Shown: piece by piece, positions 57,293 to 64,000 of the stretch
Layout: every line of letters begins with the position of its first letter
How positions within the stretch are numbered: the stretch's first letter is position 1
Assembly: GCA_037481775.1 (NCBI GenBank)
Contig: JBBFKZ010000004.1
Span: forward strand, 1 to 64,000
Reading direction: 5' to 3'
Source of the DNA: Candidatus Bathyarchaeia archaeon
GTDB lineage: Archaea; Thermoproteota; Bathyarchaeia; Bathyarchaeales; Bathycorpusculaceae
DNA: 64,000 nucleotides
Translations under genes and position numbers: made by a program
Notes under the pieces: model-generated
Databases searched by the model: none
Told to the model about the DNA's origin: nothing
What the model saw: only the letters and a program-made list of their open reading frames with translations

Positions 57293-59860
57293 TTAGCGCT
57301 TTCTAAGCATCAATATTATCACTAGCCCAATCACTATGAGAGCAACGAGCAAAGCAACACCGAAGCCCAGCACGTAAGTTTCAGCCATTGACGCAGCTGC
57401 TGGCGTAGCTTCAGGAGCAACAGGTGCAGCTTCTTCCACAAAAACTGCAGTCTCAGCGTATGAACCCCAATAGGATTTGGAGCCTATGAAGCGGGCGATT
57501 ATGGTGTATTTGCCTGGTACTGGCGGGGCGAAGGTGGCACTGTAGAAGCCGCTACCATCCGTAGTGGTTCGGGCAACTTCGTAGTAGTTGTTGTTAGGAT
57601 CCAGCACTTCTATGATGACCTCAACGCCCTTAACATTCGCTGGGCATTCGAACTGCTTGTAGACATAGAGCATCCAAGCGCTCATCGACTCATCCGCTAC
57701 GACGGGTACGCCGTTCGGGAAGCGTAGTTTTATGGCTGAATCTTGCGTGCCTGGGGAAATATCGGTGACCATGCCTTTTACGAGGACTTTGCTACCCTGT
57801 GTAGCAATATCAGGCGACGCAACAACAGAGGTAGCGCTCGGGCCTTTACCGATTGCGTAGATGCGTTGGTCATAAGTGTCCATAGTGGCAATTATACTGT
57901 CGCCGATGATTGCACGTCCGCCCCAGCGGGTCTGTCGGAACATGCCGTCTACGCGGAATACTTCTGCGCCTGTTTCGACATCAAGGCATATGAATGGTGC
58001 ACCACGTGGTAGGGGGTTTTGCGGTGAGTGCTCGCTTTGGCCGATGTAGATTTTTCCATCGGAGATGAATAGTGGCGTTATGGGCCACATGTCGCCGCCG
58101 AATTCTTTGTCAAACATTTCAGTGCTGCCGTATGGATCCTTAACCTCGTATGTCCATAACAGCTTGCCGGTTTTCACGTCGTAACAGTATATAATGCCCG
58201 CGAAGTCTGCGGTGAAGAATAGCTTGTCATATGCGATGTAGGATGTTGCACCATATATTGAGCGGATATCCATTGGGTCTGTTGGTCCCCATATTTTTTC
58301 GCCTGTGTCAAGGTTGAAACCGTAGACTTGACGTGTTTCTTTTGCGCGTAGCGTGAATACGCGGCTGTCTTTGCTTACTGCACCGCGTATCATGGCTATG
58401 TCACCTGGTGGTTTTTGCCAAGTCTTGTTGTATATTAGTTGACCTTCTTGTCCGCGTTTTAGGTTGATTGCCCATAATACTATCGGCTGATCGCCTAGGA
58501 CCATCCATGAACCGTATAGTTGATTGCCAACGACCATGTCATCAGGGTAGATGGCCCAGACTGAGCCAGGCAAGCCTGCAGGTATCGTCTTGTTCCACAT
58601 ATAGCCAAGATTGCCGTTCAATGTCCTGCCCATGTAGTCTTGACCCTGAGTTAACCAGCTGCCGTGCGCTGGACCTGTTGGGCCTATATCCCGCAATTTC
58701 GTTTGCCTTTCAACGTGCGTTGAATTCCAAAGTGTCATCCAGCCTGCGGCTTGATTAACAGTGTATATCAGGATTTCGCCGTTTGGACCGAATACTCGCG
58801 TCCCTGAAGGTACATTATTGATAGCGAAGACCCAGCGTCCTGTTGAGGCCTCGTATGCGTTGTAAGTGGTGCCTGACGTCGACCACAGGTATGCGTAAAC
58901 AGCGTGGTAGTTATATGAGTCAAAGTAGAACAGTTGCCCGAAATCCAGCCGGGTGTTGTTCCAGTTTCTAGTCCACAGCTCTTCACCAGTACGCAGATCT
59001 ACAGCCACTACTTCTTGCTCAATTCTTGTGGCGCCATTTGATTTTTCAACGTTGAAAAAGAGCACGCCGCCGATGATTACTGGCCATCGACTGCCTAGCA
59101 AGCTTGAGCTTAAGAAGAAGCCTTCATATGCATCGCCTGTTTCAAAGTTGAATTCGCCTATTTCGCCGCCAGCCAAGCCGCCGCCAAGTGGACTGAAAGC
59201 ACCTTTTATGAGAGGTTTCGCCCACAAAACATGCGCTGTTTCTGGCGCGTCGTTGTAAGGTGCGAACATATTGAATGGCGCGTCCACCCAGTTTCCTGCG
59301 ATAACTGACCATTCTCTAGCTTGAGCATCTATAGGACGACTCCAGTACTCGGTTGGAAGAGGCACACCCGGATAGCCTGGCAAGGCTTCGTCTTGCACGA
59401 CAAGTTCGACTACATCACTGTCGCTGGCCTTATACCATACGGGACCATAGAATGTAGGATCAAACGCTGGTCGCGTAGTCCAATTGTACAGTTGCGCTGG
59501 AAAATGAGCCTGGAATTTATAGGTTCCCTTCATGGTAGGCATGTAGATTGTGCCCGTTGAGCCTGTTGCATCTGTTTTGTAGGGTCCTAAGGTTTCGGTT
59601 GTGCCGTCGGGTTTAGTGACTGTAACGGTTAGCCCGCTCCAGCCGTCTGGATACTGAAGGAGGTAGTCGGTGATGCCGAAGATTACTTGTACCTGCTGAC
59701 CAACTCCTACAGGGTTGGGTGTTACAACGATATATGCATATGTCTTTTTTTCGGGGTATGTCTGTGCACTAGTTAAGGGTAGAGTCAATAGAGAGGCGGC
59801 CACTGCAATTGTCAGAAGCAAAGTAAGCGCAGCCTTGTATCTACTTATGTCAAATTGCAT
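57293..59860 (-). CDS. Secreted PQQ-type beta-propeller protein with C-terminal anchor
   Basis: Paralog of 24673-27207 (PLPTEYWSRPI, VDLRTGE, GMVTD.SPGT). Confidence 0.85.
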   Translation of the reverse strand: MQFDISRYKAALTLLLTIAVAASLLTLPLTSAQTYPEKKTYAYIVVTPNPVGVGQQVQVIFGITDYLLQYPDGWSGLTVTVTKPDGTTETLGPYKTDATGSTGTIYMPTMKGTYKFQAHFPAQLYNWTTRPAFDPTFYGPVWYKASDSDVVELVVQDEALPGYPGVPLPTEYWSRPIDAQAREWSVIAGNWVDAPFNMFAPYNDAPETAHVLWAKPLIKGAFSPLGGGLAGGEIGEFNFETGDAYEGFFLSSSLLGSRWPVIIGGVLFFNVEKSNGATRIEQEVVAVDLRTGEELWTRNWNNTRLDFGQLFYFDSYNYHAVYAYLWSTSGTTYNAYEASTGRWVFAINNVPSGTRVFGPNGEILIYTVNQAAGWMTLWNSTHVERQTKLRDIGPTGPAHGSWLTQGQDYMGRTLNGNLGYMWNKTIPAGLPGSVWAIYPDDMVVGNQLYGSWMVLGDQPIVLWAINLKRGQEGQLIYNKTWQKPPGDIAMIRGAVSKDSRVFTLRAKETRQVYGFNLDTGEKIWGPTDPMDIRSIYGATSYIAYDKLFFTADFAGIIYCYDVKTGKLLWTYEVKDPYGSTEMFDKEFGGDMWPITPLFISDGKIYIGQSEHSPQNPLPRGAPFICLDVETGAEVFRVDGMFRQTRWGGRAIIGDSIIATMDTYDQRIYAIGKGPSATSVVASPDIATQGSKVLVKGMVTDISPGTQDSAIKLRFPNGVPVVADESMSAWMLYVYKQFECPANVKGVEVIIEVLDPNNNYYEVARTTTDGSGFYSATFAPPVPGKYTIIARFIGSKSYWGSYAETAVFVEEAAPVAPEATPAAASMAETYVLGFGVALLVALIVIGLVIILMLRKR

Positions 59861-60055
59861 TTTCCTTATTCTCCTTTAATTTGGTGCTACTATGGTTTGA
59901 AGCAGATAGCTTATAAAATTTTGCATCCCCAAGGGAAAAGCGAAAAACAGAAAAATAATACTTGCTTATGGACGCGAGGCCACTGAGTGCAACATAAGCT
60001 TGCTATGTTAAAATTTGCAATATAGCGGCAGTTCTGTTATACGTTATAGCTTTTA

Positions 60056-60547
60056 TTACTTCGGGGTTACGTGCCATTCGCAGTAAGGATCACCGTTTTC
60101 GACGCATTTGATTTTTGTGATCTGTGGGGTTTTATGAATGATTTGTTCGTACGCACCAGCCACGAAGCCTTCTATACAGCTACGGTAAAGGGATTTGTCG
60201 CAGCCTAATTCGGTGAAGAAGTTATTCCATATTCTAAATTTGAATTTGGCTTGTTCAATGTCCAATTCTGCGATTTCAATTTTTCCAAGCCCTGCGTCTG
60301 TGAATCTTTGGCTCGCTGTTTTTAGGAATTGCTGCTTATCGATTTCTGTGGTGTTAACGGTTTCTTCGACAAATCGTTTGCCTGCTGCTCTGCCTGCTTC
60401 GAAGATTATCACTTTGGCGCCTGATTGAAAGATTTCTGAAAGTCTTGAGCAGATTTCTTCAATTCGGGGTTTAGTGATGATTATGCATCTTTCTCCGGTT
60501 ATCTTGTCTTTGATTATGCCTTTTTCGCTGTCAAACTCGAATTGCAT
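60056..60547 (-). CDS. V4R domain protein
   Basis: GLGKIEI, IEGFVAG, KCVENGDPYCEW. Confidence 0.85.
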   Translation of the reverse strand: MQFEFDSEKGIIKDKITGERCIIITKPRIEEICSRLSEIFQSGAKVIIFEAGRAAGKRFVEETVNTTEIDKQQFLKTASQRFTDAGLGKIEIAELDIEQAKFKFRIWNNFFTELGCDKSLYRSCIEGFVAGAYEQIIHKTPQITKIKCVENGDPYCEWHVTPK

Positions 60548-60699
60548 TTATTGTCACGGGGTTCATTCTGTTTTGTCATGGTATTTATACCTTTACAAAA
60601 TTACTGTGAAATTTTTTCTTTGAAAAATTGGGAAGGCAGCAAGCAAAGTTTCTTAAGTATCTGTTTTAACATTCTTAAAAAGGTAAGAAGGCGAGGAGC

Positions 60700-61389
60700 A
60701 TGGTTGTTGCAGGGAAAATCTTTAGACTCAATGAGCAGCTGCCTTTATCTGAGGTTGCGGTGAAGCTTGACGGTTACCGCAGGGAGGAGCCTTTTGAGGA
60801 AGGTGATTACAAGTTTACGCTCGTGTCTGAGGTAAGTGGTCTTTCGGCGAAGGCGAGTGTGCTTAGCGGCGTTTACTCTCATGATTATGTTCTGTACGTG
60901 TTTCACCGGGGTAAAACAGCACCGTTGCCGCGGACTCTGGAAGCGCTTTTCAGCTTCGCCCAAGTTAAGGATGCGGTGCTCTTGACAATTGTGGAAAAGA
61001 AGCGTATTGCCAATTTTATAGCAAATAAGCTTAGCGAGTTGTTGTTTGAGAAGGTAGGCGGCATAGTGGAAACGCGGATTTCGCCTGAAACCTTGCGGGA
61101 GTTTCATCGGAAGAACCCGGAAGATACGAAGATAACTTTTTTTGATAATGTGGATATTCCCAATGTGGATAAGTTGTCGCTTTATGGGCCCGACTTGATT
61201 AATACGCCGTTGTTTGAGGATTATATGAAGCGAGGAGATTTGTGGTATGTGGTTGCACGGTCAAGGGAGACAGGTTATGTCGTCGGCGTTACAAGAGACG
61301 CATCGGTAACCATATTTAATTTGGCGGATAAGAGCAAGTATGTGGATTACGTGAACAGGGAGATATACCCCTTGATTCTGGGGGCATAA
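60700..61389 (+). CDS. Hypothetical protein
   Basis: 229-aa ORF with GAGGAG upstream. Confidence 0.8.
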   Translation: MVVAGKIFRLNEQLPLSEVAVKLDGYRREEPFEEGDYKFTLVSEVSGLSAKASVLSGVYSHDYVLYVFHRGKTAPLPRTLEALFSFAQVKDAVLLTIVEKKRIANFIANKLSELLFEKVGGIVETRISPETLREFHRKNPEDTKITFFDNVDIPNVDKLSLYGPDLINTPLFEDYMKRGDLWYVVARSRETGYVVGVTRDASVTIFNLADKSKYVDYVNREIYPLILGA

Positions 61390-61471
61390 GTTAACTGCGG
61401 CAACTGCTCTTTTTTGACGGGGTTAAGGTAAACCATAAAAACTGAAGTTGAGAATATACTATCTTTGATTC

Positions 61472-61960
61472 TTGATTTTATTGGAGGTGAAAAAGGTGAA
61501 GTTTGATAATGTTGTCACTGCTGTGGCGCTGTACGCTGTGCTGCAGGTTCTGTTTGCGTTTCCCTTGACTGTTTTGGCACTTCAGGTTTTCGGGGTCACT
61601 ATGGTTGGACATTACAGCGCGGGGCTAAGTGCTGTTTTTTTGAGCATGTTGGTTGTTGGTTATTTGTTTAATGCAGAGATTCGGCAGGAGCGGCGGGGAG
61701 CAGTTTTGCGGATAGTGCTTCTAAGCGCGTTTTACGAGTTGCTTGTAGTGGTGTTTCAGCCTACTCTTGCAGATTGGGTGCCCTTTGCCATAAGCAAACC
61801 TAAGGAGGCGTTTGATGGAACTGTGGTGACGACGGTAGAGTGGTTCCTTTACAATTTATCAAGGCGAGGAAACATGTTTGTTAACGTGGCTGTCATATTG
61901 GGCGTAGGCGTCTTGGGTTTATATGCTGGCTTAAAACTTGGAGAAACTAGGGCGTCTTGA
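61472..61960 (+). CDS. Hypothetical membrane protein (about 4 TM)
   Basis: Hydrophobic segments; GGAGGTGA suggests the true start is slightly downstream. Confidence 0.7.
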   Translation: MILLEVKKVKFDNVVTAVALYAVLQVLFAFPLTVLALQVFGVTMVGHYSAGLSAVFLSMLVVGYLFNAEIRQERRGAVLRIVLLSAFYELLVVVFQPTLADWVPFAISKPKEAFDGTVVTTVEWFLYNLSRRGNMFVNVAVILGVGVLGLYAGLKLGETRAS

Positions 61961-62023
61961 AACAGCCTTTTTTGGCGTGGTTGCCGGTTGCTGAGTACCG
62001 AATTAGCAGATGGTGAAGCTTCG

Positions 62024-63001
62024 TTATTCAGTCGCCTTTGTTATTGGGCTTCCATCAACATAGGAGCAGCGGATGCCGTATTTACGTGCGCATTTCAAGC
62101 AAAGGATTGGGTCGCAAAGTGTTGTTGATAGGTATTTTTCTCCGCCGTCTGGTGCGATGGCGACTATAAGTCCTTTGTCGAGTTGGCTTGCTTTTTTGAG
62201 GGCAACGTGAAATATGGCACCAGAGCTGGGGCCTACAAAGATGCCTTCCTGTAATGCGAGTAGTCTGGCTGCTTCTTCTGCTTCTTCGGCTTGTACTTTG
62301 TGGATTTCGTCGACGAGTTCGGGTTGCCAGATGGCGGGTACGTATTGGGTTTCAAGGTTTTTTAGGCCTTGGATAAATGTACCCTTGTCCGGTTCGGCGG
62401 CGATTACTTGGATGTTGGGGTTGTGTTCTTTTAGTCGTTTGGATACACCCATGAGTGTTCCTGTGGTGCCGATGCCGGCAACGAAGTGAGTTACCTTGCC
62501 TTCGGTATCTCGCCAAATTTCTTCTGCGGTTGTTTCGTAATGCGCGAGTACGTTGGCGGGGTTGGCAAATTGGTTGGGCATGAAGTATTTGTCAGGGTTT
62601 TCGCTGATTATTTTGCGTGCGAGGTCTTCTGCGCCGTCCATGCCTTTGGCTGCTTCGCTTAGAATAATTTTTGCGCCGTAGGCGTTTAGGATTTGGCGGC
62701 GTTCCATGGTCATGTTTTCTGGCATGACGAGGATGAGGTTGTAGCCTTTTACGCGGCAGACTAACGCGAGGCCTATGCCTGTGTTGCCGCTGGTTGCTTC
62801 AATTACGGTTTTGTCTCGAGTGAGTTGGCCTGTTTTTTCGGCTTGTTCTATCATGTATTTTGCTATGCGGTCTTTGACGGAGCCGCCTATGTTAAACTTT
62901 TCGAGTTTCACGTAGAGCTTGACGTTGGGGTTTTTATTCAGATGGTTTATTTGAACCATTGGAGTGTTACCGATTAGGTCTAGGACGTTTTTTATTATCA
63001 T
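62024..63001 (-). CDS. Cysteine synthase family PLP enzyme (CysK/CysM)
   Basis: GSVKDR, EATSGNTG, GIGTTGT, GPSSG, KYLST. Confidence 0.92.
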   Translation of the reverse strand: MIIKNVLDLIGNTPMVQINHLNKNPNVKLYVKLEKFNIGGSVKDRIAKYMIEQAEKTGQLTRDKTVIEATSGNTGIGLALVCRVKGYNLILVMPENMTMERRQILNAYGAKIILSEAAKGMDGAEDLARKIISENPDKYFMPNQFANPANVLAHYETTAEEIWRDTEGKVTHFVAGIGTTGTLMGVSKRLKEHNPNIQVIAAEPDKGTFIQGLKNLETQYVPAIWQPELVDEIHKVQAEEAEEAARLLALQEGIFVGPSSGAIFHVALKKASQLDKGLIVAIAPDGGEKYLSTTLCDPILCLKCARKYGIRCSYVDGSPITKATE

Positions 63002-63100
63002 GAAACATCTCGAAAGAGAATAGTAGCGGAAAGGTAAATCGTTTTCTGTTTCGAAAGCTACAACTGCACTTTTATATTGCCTTTTGCGTAATTTGTTGTT

Positions 63101-63517
63101 ATGCCTACTGCTTTGAACGTTGAGACGCTTCTGAGTTTGCTGTTAGCCGTGGCATTGGGCGCCTGTGTGGGCGCAGAGAGAGAGCTGACGCATAAGCCTG
63201 CAGGGCTTCGCACGCACATGCTTGTGTCGCTGGGCGCATGCCTCTTTACAATCGTCTCCATGAGCTTCGCAGTGGATCCTGCACGAATCGCAGCGGGCAT
63301 TGTGGCGGGAATCGGCTTCATCGGCGCTGGCACCATCTGGGGCGAAAGGGACAAGGTGAAGGGCATAACGACCGCCGCCAGCCTCTGGGCTACAGCAGCC
63401 ATCGGCTTAACCACAGGAATAGGCGATTACCCGCTGGCAGCAGTGGTAACAGCACTCGTCGTAATAATCCTCGCATCAGGCGGCATCCTAAGAAAAATAG
63501 GACTAGAAAAAGACTAA
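63101..63517 (+). CDS. MgtC/SapB family membrane protein
   Basis: AGLRTH, GIGFIGAG, GITTAASLW. Confidence 0.92.
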   Translation: MPTALNVETLLSLLLAVALGACVGAERELTHKPAGLRTHMLVSLGACLFTIVSMSFAVDPARIAAGIVAGIGFIGAGTIWGERDKVKGITTAASLWATAAIGLTTGIGDYPLAAVVTALVVIILASGGILRKIGLEKD

Positions 63518-63948
63518 CAACAGCCAAAATATTCAAAAGGCCAAAAACGAGGCAAGAAATCAGCTTATATGGGGTTTTCCCTTTTGGCAACTTGTTAAGC
63601 GCGCTTATAAGGTATTTTCTGTCGATTCAATCGATGTTAATAAGAATAATAGCAGAGAAATGCAAAATAGCTGTCCCACATTGCAATCATAGTATAAGAC
63701 GAAGAAGTAACCCCCAAATCCACCAACTCCCTGGAAGTCTCCACCAGATACTGCGCATTCTTAAACAGCACTCTATGAAGCGTCTGCACTATACATACAC
63801 ATCAATATTCACCCGCTCGAGCTATAAAATGCACTACCACACCCAAATAGCTGCGAAACGCCATGAAAGCGCCAAAAAGCAGTCAGCCCCATCAAACACC
63901 AACCGCAAAGAAACAACCACCACAAAAACAAACCATACCAGCGCCTTT

Positions 63949-63994
63949 ATATTTGGCGCATATTAGCAATTCAATGCAGAAACCTATAGAGGGG
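63949..63994 (-). repeat. 46-bp intergenic repeat, copy 2
   Basis: 42/46 identity to 7171-7216 in inverted orientation. Confidence 0.9.
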
Positions 63995-64000
63995 CTATCA

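Noticed and set aside
63238-63966. 242-aa plus-strand ORF
   Set aside because: Overlaps mgtC out of frame and runs through a low-complexity A/C-rich tract; no motifs
7171-63994. 46-bp inverted copies as terminal repeats of a 57-kb mobile element
   Set aside because: Enclosed genes are core housekeeping; no transposase, integrase or target-site duplication seen

Overview
Archaeal chromosomal DNA; gene content and paralog style (aIF-1A/Rio1/Dim2, aIF-2beta, Tsr3, membrane LonB, large secreted PQQ-type beta-propeller proteins) suggest Bathyarchaeia, which is an inference. About 60 CDS, mostly housekeeping, plus tRNA-Arg(UCG), tRNA-Ile(GAU) and tRNA-His(GUG). No CRISPR array, rRNA, transposase or integrase was found. 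Main observations: (1) a two-gene surface module of a secreted protein with clan-CD (caspase/gingipain-like) His-Cys motifs and a membrane-anchored PepSY-like partner, present once intact (39.9-42.0 kb) and once with the protease-like gene decayed but the partner intact (12.8-14.3 kb); (2) six intergenic copies of a 20-bp motif GTATACAAAAGCATCAACAA confined to 29.5-43.0 kb, ending beside a wHTH + MinD/ParA operon, a candidate partition or origin system; (3) two further dispersed non-coding repeat families; (4) a strongly structured ~190-nt orphan RNA candidate upstream of tyrS; (5) an internally deleted dinB next to a second aIF-1A locus with apparent non-AUG starts. All calls come from reading motifs by eye; no database searches were run.
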